Positions 13,171 to 25,100 of a stretch of 64,000 bases of DNA are shown one piece after another. Positions within the stretch are counted from its first letter, which is position 1, and every line of letters starts with the position of its first letter. Source of the stretch: Macrostomum lignano (lineage: Eukaryota); assembly GCA_002269645.1 (NCBI GenBank), contig NIVC01000068.1, positions 310,001-374,000 of the forward strand, written 5' to 3'. The position numbers were made by a program, and so were the translations under genes. The notes beneath the pieces are model-generated. The model was not told where the DNA came from. It did no database searches and saw nothing but the letters and a program-made list of their open reading frames with translations.

Positions 13171-16100
13171 CTGTCTGTCTGCCTATCTGTGTGTCTGCCT
13201 GCCTGTGTGTCTGCCTTAGTGTCCCTCCAAGTCTCTCCAATATCACCTCAGTAACTGTCCCAGAATCCCATCGCCATCGTCGCGCACCTGTTTAGCCACC
13301 CTCAGCTGGTGGGTCAGGCAGCCAATCGCCTGCTCAAAGTTGCCGCTAGCAGCGTGCAGGCCGCCCATCTCGCCGTAGGCCGAGGCCATCCAGTCCAACT
13401 GCTGGGCCTCGTGAGCGACAACCAGCCGCTTCTCCTGGCAGACCAGCGCCTGCTGCAGGCTGCCGCTGTGCCGATGACAGGCGGCCAAGCCAGCCAGGGC
13501 CCGCTGCTGCCCAGCCAGATTAGCAATCCGCTGGCACAGGGCCAAATAGCGTTCGTAGCAACCAACGGCGCCTTCCCAGTCGCCAAGCGATTCGTAGCAC
13601 ACGCCTAATCGGCACAGAGCTTCGCCGCGTTCGCCATCGACAGCCCGACGACTTGGCGGCAGACGGTCGAGCTGGGACAGCTGCTGCTCCAGGTAGCCAA
13701 TGGCCTGTTCGAACTCGCTGCTGGACACCTTGGCAGCGGCTAGTTGACCGCAAGCTCTGGCCTCCAGGGCTGGCTGGCCGGACTCCTGAGCCAAGCGGAG
13801 GGCCTCCTCGAAGCACCGAACTGCGGAACTGACATTGCTCAGCGCCAGGTTGGTGCCGCCCAGGTGGCACAGCGCCTGCGGCGGTTGGGGATTTGATAAT
13901 TAATAAACAAGTCGAATTGTATATGTAACTGTTTAGCAGCTTCTTGATAATTAGGCAGCTTATATCGACCCATTAGGTAGCTTATATTGACCTATTAGGT
14001 GGCTTATATTGACCCATTAGGTAGCTTATATTGACCAATTAGGTGGCTTATATTGACCCATTAGGTAGCTTATATTGACCTATTAGGTGGCTTATATTGA
14101 CCCATTAGGTGGCTTATATTGACCAATTAGGTGGCTTATATTGACCCATTAGGTGGCTTATACTGACCAATTAGGTGGCTTATATTGACCAATTAGGTAG
14201 CTTATATTGACCCATTAGGTAGCTTATATTGACCCATTAGGTGACTTATATTGACCAATTAGGTGGCTTATATTGACCCATTAGGTGGCTTATACTGACC
14301 AATTAGGTGGCTTATATTGACCCATTAGGTAGCTTATATTGACCTATTAGGTGGCTTATATTGACCCATTAGGTGGCTTATATTGACCAATTAGGTGGCT
14401 TATATTGACCCATTAGGTGGCTTATACTGACCAATTAGGTGGCTTATATTGACCAATTAGGTAGCTTATATTGACCTATTAGGTAGCTTATATTGACCCA
14501 TTAGGTGGCTTATATTGACCAATTAGGTGGCTTATATTGACCCATTAGGTGGCTTATACTGACCAATTAGGTGGCTTATATTGACCCATTAGGTAGCTTA
14601 TATTGACCTATTAGGTGGCTTATATTGACCCATTAGGTGGCTTATATTGACCAATTAGGTGGCTTATATTGACCAATTAGGTAGCTTATATTGACCTATT
14701 AGGTAGCTTATATTGACCCATTAGGTGGCTTATATTGACCAATTAGGTGGCTTATATTGACCCATTAGGTGGCTTATATTGACCAATTAGGTGGCTTATA
14801 TTGACCCATCAGGTGGCTTATACTGACCAATTAGGTGGCTTATATTGACCCATTAGGTAGCTTATATCGACCCATTAGGTAGCTTATATTGACCCATTAG
14901 GTAAGGGGGGCCGTAGCCCAGCGGTAGCGCAGCTGCTCTGGTGTGCCAGCGACCCAGGCTCGATTCCAAGTGCAGTCACATTAATTTGGGGCTGAATTGG
15001 AATCTCTGGCTTGGCTCTGCTCGTGCAATTAATGCCCTTGCGAGCCAACCCCCCAAGGCGCAGTGAAGTGTACATGCCTAACGATAAAATAAAGTTAGGG
15101 CCGCTGTACACTCCTGTGTGAGTGTGTGCCTGCGTACGTATCCGCGCGCTTGTATGCCTGCTCAGGGGAGTCGGCGGAATGGGCAGTAATGCCTCTCCCC
15201 TGTTTGTATGCCTATGTCGTTTAAAGTGCGCCAGGGTGCACACAACCCCCCTGCCTCTAATAAAAAAATAAATAATGACCCATTAGGTAGCTTATATTGA
15301 CCCATTAGGTAGCTTATATTGACCAATTAGGTAGCATATATTGATCCATTAGGTAGCTTATTTTGATCCATTAGGTAGCTTATTTTGATCCATTAGGTAG
15401 CTTATATTGACCCATTAGGTAGCATATATTGACCCATTAGGTAGCTTATTTTGATCCATTAGGTAGCTTATTTTGACCCATTAGGTGGCTTATATTGACC
15501 AATTAGGTGGCTTATATTGACCCATTAGGTAGCTTATATTGACCCATTAGGTAGCTTATATTGATCCATTAGGTAGCTTATATTGACCCATTAGGTAGCT
15601 TATTTTGACCCATTAGGTGGCTTATACTGACCCATTAGGTAGCTTACATTGACCCATTAGGTAGCTTATTTTGACCCATTAGGTAGCTTATATTGACCCA
15701 TTAGGTGGTTTATATTGACCCATTAGGTAGCTTATATTGACCCATTAGGTAGCTTATTTTGACCGGTTAGGTAGCTTATTTTGACCCATTAGGTAGCTTA
15801 TATTGACCCATTAGGTGGTTTATATTGACCCATTAGGTAGCTTATATTGACCCATTAGGTAGCTTATTTTGACCGGTTAGGTAGCTTACCTGACACACGG
15901 GCGCCTGGTCGAGCGGAGGCTGGCTAAGCGTCAATTTAGAATCGCCCAGGTGAGACTGCCTCTCCAGACTGTACGTGGCACTACTGTGCCTACCAGCCTC
16001 ATCAACTACCTGCCTAGCCAATTCCAATTCTAATTGATGATGCCGTAGAGCGGCTAATTGGTTGCCAAGGCGGCTGTGCGCTTCGCCTAGGCCGGCGTGA

Positions 16101-19100
16101 GCGGCCACTAATAGCCGAGGCCGATTGCCGGCAAGCTGAAGCTGCTCAGCCCGGAGCTCCATCGCTTGGGCGGTGTCACCCAGAGACATGCTGGCGTCGG
16201 CCAGATGGCCGAGTGAGTGGAACTCCAGATCTGGCTGCTGCTGCTGCTGCAAGGAAAAGAAATAAACATCATATATTAAATTAGTATTCCGATAATAGCA
16301 TTTGATTACACCTGTCCTAATGGGCTATTTCGCGGCGCATCTGAATGCTGCGTACGGCTGTTCAGTCCAAGGACTGGGAGGGGGGTTGCCACACACACCC
16401 TCAATTACCCAAGCTAATGCTGGCACCCATTTTACAGCTGGGTGAACTGAAGCAATGCAGAGTTATTGCTCAAGGACACAAATTGTTCCGAGTGAGTTGA
16501 GAATCGAACCCCCAAACTATCAATCGTGAGTATGACGCTCTAACCACTAGACATACAGTACATTACATAGCTCATTAGACAGTCTTTATGACCAGTTGCT
16601 AGGCAGCCTACGAGAAAGCAGTCTGCAAGGTCTGTTAGGTAGTTCCAGAAACACGAGGCAGTTTAATAATTCAATAACCGGTAATATATTATTCAATGTT
16701 CTTTGTTTTTGCAGAAGGCAGATGCTGGTGTCATTTTAGATTCAACAGACGCAGAGATCAGCTGAGCAACTTTTGATACCAAAAAATAACAGCTCCAGTT
16801 AGTTACCCTTCTGCTGACCCCTGAGCAGGCACACACAGGATGTACAGCGCCCCTGAATTTCTAATCGTTAATCGTCCTTTCTGAGCCTTGGTGGTTGGCC
16901 CTCATGGTCGAAGATTTCACGACAAGTCTCAGGACAATTTTCGAGCACGAGCTACAAATGAATTAAGTGGTCGCCCACGGAATCGAACGAGGGGTAACGG
17001 CGCGAGAGTCGTGCGTGTTGTCTGCTAAGCTGCTCTACCTGACTAATACGTAGCAGCCAGAGCTGGTAGACAACCGTTCGCGAAATAATGCAAAAAAGAG
17101 ACAGACTGCAACTCGCTGTCACTGATGGCATCTTGCGAACTAAAATTCCAGAAGAAACCGTTTTCTTAACGAAGGTTCACGACTGCACGATCATGTCTGT
17201 CAGTCAAAAGCGTCGAGCACGAGATGCTTCAATGAGTCAAAAGGTGAATTCCATAGCCTTGACGCCACAGCAAGCATTGAATTTCACTTGAATCATAGGC
17301 GACCTGAAACTGCCAATGATTCAAACACGCCTGCCAACTTTGCTTCATTGCTAAGTGTAGGTCTCCAAATTTTCGAATGCAAGCGGGCCATTGCTAGCGA
17401 TGCAATCATAAAACAATGACGCGTGTCCTTCGTAAACTTTTAAACTTGTCCGGGAAGACAGAAAGACAACGGCAAAGACAATGAGACAAAAGACCGTGTT
17501 TGCTTAAGGCACAGGGATCACGAATAGTTAAGGAAATAAAAGCTCTGGTATCGCACTTCGGAATTTTTTTGCACTGGCTGTTGAATTTCACCCATTTTAA
17601 TGAAATTCGACATCAGTTTCTGGTGGGTGCTGGGCAGCCAACTGCTGCCGGTGCTGGCTCAGTGCCCCGCTCCCTTCTACATCGAGGCCGGCAGGTGCAT
17701 ATTCGTGAACCCATCCCAGAGCTTCACCTGGTGCGAGGCCAATCGGCAGTGCTCATCGATCGGAGGCGAGCTCATCAACTCGTACGGCTCGCTGAAGCTG
17801 CTGCCCAGCATGCCGAGTTTTCAAACTCGCAATGGAATCTGGCTCGGAGTGACCGACATGGCGGATGAGAGAAACGCCAGCAAGGAGGGCTGGCAGACGG
17901 TGTTCGGCAGAGGCCAGCTGCCTCTCGATGACTCTCTGTGGGTCAACGGTGACCCAAACAATAAAGGCGGGAAGCAGGACTGCGTAGCCACCTATAAAAG
18001 CAGCGCTAAACTCGTCGACCTCTCCTGCTCTAAAAAACGCGGATTCGCGTGCGAGTTCGCTGTAGCTGCTCCGATTGCGGCCCAACTCAACGGCCAGTGG
18101 AGGCGAACTCCGTTCAAGCGGTCCAGCTACAATCCCAGCACTGAGTACTGCTTCACTGACCTGACCAACATCGACAGCGCTATTGAGTGCGTTGCCATGG
18201 CGATGAGATCGAAGGACAGCCAGCACGTGCTGTTCAATAAGAAACAAAAGAAATGCCGCCTGCTGCACTTCACCGACGCTCAGGTGGAGGAGGCGATCGA
18301 GGTGAGCGCCGACTGGGTGAAGTTCGGCATGGAGTGAAGGCTGGAGTGTCAGAGATAAAATCTCAAAATTTAACTGCCGCGAAAGAAACAATCGGTTGAA
18401 TCAAACTTTTTGAAAATGAACTTACGCACCTAAACCCAGTCGGAATTAGAGAGCAAATACAAAAAGTTTGATTCCAAATTGTTTGCATTCCAAAATTGCA
18501 TTCCAAAATTGTTTTGGTATTGTTATTTTTTAGTTAAAAGGCCAAACTCTAGTGTCAACAACTGCAGGTTGAATTACGTGGGCCACGATTCCCGCTAATT
18601 TAGGCCAGTCAAAAATTGACTGTGTACGCTCGTAAATTTGCGAAGAAAATCAGGCCGCTTGACTTGATACCGTTTGTAATTGACTGCACTTGTTGGTCAG
18701 TTTGCATTGAGCAGAACTTGTTTCTATTTGATTTACTGTTGTGAATCTGCCTGTCCGTGCCAGTGCTATTTGGTTGCGTGTAGTGCACTTTTCGGGTTTG
18801 GACAGTCTGGACTGGCGTCTTCCTTAGGCCAGTTCTGGTTGGTTGAGGATTGGGCCTCGGCTCAAGCCCTCGCGTCCCCACTTTGCGTGTTCTGATTGGC
18901 TGGGCGTCCCAATCCGCTTTTGTTTTCTCACTTGTCTGTCTACCCCCCCCCCTTCTCCCCAGTATCTGTTTTTTAAGTGCCGCTCTGCGCGGAGGGGAGC
19001 CCGTGAACCTCGATTTTGTTTTGCGCGTAAAATACTAATTGACGACTTCTGCCAACCTCAGACACCCAACTAGCCGGGGGTCGACCTCGCGGTTTTTATT

Positions 19101-22100
19101 TACTTTCTTTTGCCATACGGTCCAGCAAAGCCGTGACAGGCACCTACGACGTGTACGATTGCAGTATTGGATCCGTAACGGTAGGACAAATCCTCCTGTG
19201 AAGTGCCTGTACGCTTCCCGGCGTCGAACGCATCGACTTCCCCCTCTCTTCTTTTCTTTAAGTTGTCGAGTAACTGTCCGCTTGCAACGCCTCCCTTAAA
19301 GAGTCCGTACGTCTCTAGGGTCGCCGATCACTCCGTCCCTCCCCTCCCCGCGTCGGCAAGCTCTGGACAGTTTTGCACTCAAACTTTCATATGCAAACAC
19401 CCGATTGCCAACCAATCGCACCAGCGTCCCGGGAAAGCTCAAAATTTTACGATTCTATCAAAAAAATTTAACGTTTAAGTAAAATATTCGGCTTGGTCGC
19501 AACTTCTGCTTTCGCAGCACAAAATCCTCACTTAAATTCAGGCTTGGGCTTCAGCAGTCAGGATGAATGCCTACAAAAACTTTATGATTATCCATTCAAA
19601 GCGTAGCAGGCCCTTGAAAACGACATGCCACAATTCCACCTGTTTCAGGAAAACTATAGTTTTTTGTTATTAAATTATTATAGCGATTATTCTCCTCAAC
19701 AAGACTGTGGAGGATTTGAAGCACTGATGAGACCGAGGCTGCAGCAAAACTGTCGCTGTGTCTCCCTGTCCCTTCTTATTAAGCTGCCTTGAGCTGTTAA
19801 GGCAGGATCTTGCATTGAAAAAGATCGACGAGTGGGGGCGCTTACATTTTTTCTGCAGGTAACAATTGGTTCGTTGTCATCTTGACACGGATGCAGACAA
19901 GCAGTTTTTCATGCCTCCCATCAGCTTCTTAACTCATCAGATAGGCACTTGTCTATTGCTATAACGGGACGTCAGCTACCTCGGTGAAGTCAAGATAAAA
20001 AAAGTTTTTAGCGAGTGCAAGATGGCTTGGATAGGTAACTCCTGTCTTTATTAAACAAAGGAACTTGCTGGGCAGACAGTACCTCTTTGACCCGACAATT
20101 TTCATGAAGCTAATCATCAGCTTCTGGTTAGTGCTGGGCAGCCAGCTGCTGCCGGTGCTGGCTCAGTGCCCCGCTCCCTTCTACATCGAGGCCGACAGGT
20201 GCATATTCGTAAACGCATCCCAGAGCTTCACCTGGTGCGAGGCCAATCAGCAGTGCTCATCGATCGGAGGCGAGCTCATCAACTCGTACGGCTCGCTGCA
20301 GCAGCTGCCCAGCATGCCGAGTTTTCAAACTGGCAATAAAATCTGGCTCGGAGTGACCGACATGGCGGATGAGAGAGTAGCGAGCAAGGAGGGCTGGCAG
20401 ACGGTGTTCGGCAGAGGCCAGCTGCCTCTCGATGACTCTCTGTGGGTCAACGGTGACCCAAACAATAAAGACGGTAAACAGGACTGCGTAGGCACCTTTG
20501 AAAGCTCCACTAATGTCGTCGACCTCTCCTGCTCTGACAAACGCGGATTCGCGTGCGAGTTCGCTGCAGCTGCTCCGATTGCGGCCCAACTCAACGGCCA
20601 GTGGAGGCGAACTCCGTTCAAGCGGTCCAGCTACAATCCCAGCTCTGAGTACTGCTTCACTGACCTGACCAACATCGATAGCGCTATCGAGTGCGTTGCC
20701 ATGGCGATGAGATCGAAGGACAGCCAGCACGTGCTGTTCAATAAGAAACAAAAGAAATGCCGCCTGCTGCACTTCACCGACGCTCAGGTGGAGAAGGCGA
20801 TCGAGACGAGCGCTGACTGGGTGAAGTTCGGCCTGACCTGAGAGGCGAGGCTTGGAGCTGCTGGATCTGACCGAAGAGCCGACTGTGCAATCGAAATAGA
20901 TACTTTAAGAATAGACTGAATAGTTGGTCCGAACATTTCTAACTTTGACCCGAATATTAAGGAGCATTGTGGGGTTTTTTACCAGTTTTGGTTGTGGTCC
21001 GTGAATTCTACAATATCTTCACGTGGTTTTTGACCCCGTCGAAATGAAAATAAATAATATATACGATAAAAATTTGAACCTGCATTCCCAAAATTGTTGT
21101 TAATCTGGTTTTTAATTTTTTGATACATGGATCAAAGCTCGATTCGTTGCGCGTGGCCGCATTAGCACAAGTTTAAATCAAGCAATATTTGTATTACTAG
21201 TCCTTAAGTGGGTGACAGCTGCTTGCTCAGAGCACAAACGTGCACTTAAACGTACTAATAGACTGTACAGTCCAAGGACTGGGGGTCGCCACACACCCTC
21301 AATTACCCCAGCTAATGCTGGCACCCATTTTACAGCTGGGTGAACTGAAGCATTGCAGAGTTAAGTGTCTTGCTCAAGGACACAAATGTTCCGATTGGGT
21401 CAAGAATCGAACCTCCGACCTATCAGTTGTGATTCTGTCTCTTGAACCACTAGGCTACAACCCGCAGTGTACATGTCTGACCATTAGAAAGTCATGGGTC
21501 GCTGTGTACACCCAGTGTGAGCTGTGTATGAGTGAGTGCCTGGGTACAGTATTGTATGTGCTCAGGAGTCTGTGAAATGGGCAGCGGCGTTCCTTACCAG
21601 CTCATCGCCCCTAGCCAACTGCAGGCACTCTTGAAACTCTTCGGCAGCCATCTGCCAGTCGCCCAGCTCGCCAAGGCACAGGCCCAGCTGGCAGCGGGCT
21701 CGCCAAATCGCCGAGCAGGATGACGAACAGCCCGGCCGCTGCAGCAGCTGTAGCTCAGCCCGATGCCAGGCCTCGGCCTCTCGCCACCTGCCCAGCTGGT
21801 GACAGACGCAGCCGAGCCTGTGACAAGCGGCAGCCTCGCCCCGACTGTCGTTGATTTCTGAGCACAGTCGGCGCCATTCTGAGCATAGTTCCAACGCGGC
21901 TTGACAGTCGCCCCGACCGCTGGCCAGGAATCCGGCCATGGACTCCAGGGCTCTGGCTAGCAGCCGGTGATTGGCCAGTTGGTCGCCGCTGTTAGCTCGA
22001 AGCTCGCGAGCCAAGTCCAGCTGTAGCTGCAGATGGTGGGCCGCCCGTTCCGGCTGTCTCAACGATTGATAAGCGGCGCCGAGGCGGCCGTGGCAGGCGC

Positions 22101-25100
22101 ATTCGGATTGGCGATCGTAGCACTGCTGGAGCAGCTCCAGCTCCTCGGTGTGGTAGCGAAGGGCCAGGTCTGGCTGGCGCATGGCTGAGTAGGAGCAGCC
22201 TGCAGACCGGGATGTGGTTTTGAAATCGGGATTTGTGGTTTTGAAATCGGGATTTGTGCTTTGAAATCGGGATTTGTGCTTTGAAATCGGGATTTGTAGA
22301 TTTGAAATCGGGATTTGTGGTTTTGAAATCGGGATTTGTGGTTTTGAAATCGGGATTTGTGGTTTTGAAATCGGGATTTGTAGATATGAAATCGGGATTT
22401 GCGGTTTTAAAATTCGGGATTTGTGGTTTTGAAATTGGGATTTGTAGACTTGAAATCGGGATTTTTGTTTTTAAAATCGGGATTTGTGGTTTTGACATCG
22501 GGATTTGTAGATTTAAAATCGGGATTTTTGGTTTTAAAATCGAGATTTATAATTTTGAAATTGGGATTTGTAGATTTGAAATTGGGATTTGTAGATTTGA
22601 AATTGGGATTTGCAGATTTGAAATCGGGATTTGTGATTTTAAAATCGGGATTTTTGGTTTTCAAAATCGGGATTTGTGGTTTTGAAATCGGGATTTGTGA
22701 TTTTAAAATCGGGATTTTTGGTTTTCAAAATCGGGATTTGTGGTTTTGAAATCGGGATTTGTGGTTTTGAAATCGGGATTTGTAGTTTTGAAATTGGGAT
22801 TTGTAAACTTGAAATTGGGATTTGTAGATTTGAAATCGGGATTTGTAGATTTGAAATCGGGATTTGTAGATTTGAAATCGGGATTTGTAGTTTTGATATC
22901 GGGATTTGTAGACTGGAAATTGGGATTTGTAGACTTGAAATTGGGATTTGTAGTTTTGAAATTGGGATTTGTAGTTTTGAAATTGGGATTTTTGGTTTTA
23001 AAATCATCGGGATTTTAGTTCTGAAATCTAGACTTGTGGTTTTGAAATCAGGATTTTTTGTTTTGAAATCGGGATTTGTAGATTTGAAATCGGGATTTGT
23101 AGATTTGAAATCGGGATTTGTAGATTTAAAATTGGGATTTGTAGATTTGAAATCGGGATTTGTAGATTTGAAAACGGGATCTGTAGATTTATAATCAGGA
23201 TCGGTAGATTTGATATTGGGATTTGTGGATTTTAAATCATGATTTCTAGATTTTGCCTTGTTACTCACCGATATTTCCAAGAGCTTTGGCCCTCCCAGGT
23301 CTATCATGCAGCAGTTCCGCCAGTCTCAAGTGCGCCTTATGCAATTTGACAGCCGATTCGTAGTCGCCCAGAAGCTGATAGACCAGACCCAGGGAGCCGC
23401 AGGCGGCCGCCTCAAGCTCACGATTTGCGCAGCGTAGGGCGCAGTTCAACTGAGCCTCGTGCAGGCGTCGCGATTCGGCAAGGTCGCCATCTAGACGATG
23501 ACAGGCGCCTAGGGCGCCGCAGGCGCGACCCTGAAGCAGCGGGTCGCCTAGCTGCTGAGCCTGGGCCAGGGCCTCCTCCAGGTGTGGCCAGGCCTGACCG
23601 GGTTCGCGTTTGGCCAGGTGATCGGAGCCCAGGTTGAGCAGGGCTCGGCAGCGCTCTTCCCGGCTGCCCAGTCTAAGAAGAAATATTTTAAAAAATAATC
23701 ATTTTTAGGATTATGAGATACTACTTGTAGTAGAAAAGTCAGACAAAATACAAAAGTGCATTTAAACTACTAGAATACAGCGCTATGATCAAACTACTAA
23801 TAGTAGCGTTTATTATACACAAAATGAGGGTAGCCTTATCTATCAGGGGGGAGGGTTGTATGTAGCCTAGAGGTTAGAGCGTCGGACTCGCGGCTGAAAG
23901 GTCGGTTGTTCGATTCTCGACCCACTAGGAACTCTGCATTGATTCAGTTCACCCAGCTGTAAAATAGGTGCCAGCATTAGCTAGGGAAAGTCCTTGGACT
24001 GAACAGCCGTAGGGTATGGTACACAGCCACACATCCACCACAGCCCCCATTAGGGCAGGTGTAATCAACTATTACTATGATTATTATCGGTAATGAAGAC
24101 AAAACGCAGACGAATTATTATATCTATCTTATTCTTAACAGAAGCTACAAGTCATAAGTAGTTTAGCTCTCAAAGCAAGCATAATCGCAAAATATAATAG
24201 ATTAATTGAAACTTCTACTGTGTAAAGATTAAATATTCATTAATTTAAGCTACTATTAGTAGCCTTTAACGAACATTACGCTAAAAAGATCAAATAGATC
24301 AATTTAAGCTACTATTAGTGGTTTCAAACAGGTATCACTAAAAAACCTTTTAGTTACATTAAAAACGTACTAAATTTTAACCTACTAATAGTAGTTTCAA
24401 CCGAGCATTTATCTCACCTATTAGCCAATCGCAGCTGTTCGCTGTGGCACTCTAGCGCATTGTCCAGCTCTCCCATAGCCAGATAGACGCTGCCAACGCT
24501 GCCAATTTCCGCAGCTTCAAGCAACGGCAAGTCGCTCTGATGGCAGAGCAGAGCGCACTGCCGGTGGCTTGACAGGGCGTTGGTTAAATCTCCCAGGGCG
24601 CTGTACAGATGTCCCAGATTAGTCAGGGCGTGAATCGCTGTGTCGCGTTGGCGAAGCTTCAACGCGCAACGCAGCTGTTGTTTCTGATGCGCCAGAGCTT
24701 CGGCGAAGTCGCCTTGGACGAAGTGGGCGGCGCCAAGATTGCCGTGGGCGCGGCATTGGCCTTCCTCGTCGCCTGGAGGTGATGCAGTTTGGATGGCGGA
24801 TTTTATTGAGGTTGCTTGGATGCTTGCTAATTAGGACATATAGAAATAAGGAAGCTCATGAAGATGTGGAAGAGGAGAATCTGACTGAGGACCTGAGGAT
24901 GGGGCGGAAGCTGAGAGTCTGAGGACCTGAGGATGGGGCGGAAGCTGAGAGTCTGAGGACCTGAGGATGGGGCGGAAGCTGAGAGTCTGAGGACCTGAGG
25001 ATGGGGCGGAAGCTGAGAGTCTGAAGACCAGAGGATGGGGTGGAAGCTGAGAGTCTGACGACCTGAGGATGGGGCGGAAGCTGAGAGTCTGAAGACCAGA

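Noticed and set aside
19715-19775. Hammerhead ribozyme-like CTGATGA core
   Set aside because: Followed by CAAAAC rather than CGAAAC, and stems I and II do not pair convincingly.
21992-23307. Pentapeptide/LRR-like ORFs (FEIGIC, KSGFVVL, STNPDFK)
   Set aside because: Products of the 21-bp array; they appear in several frames on both strands.
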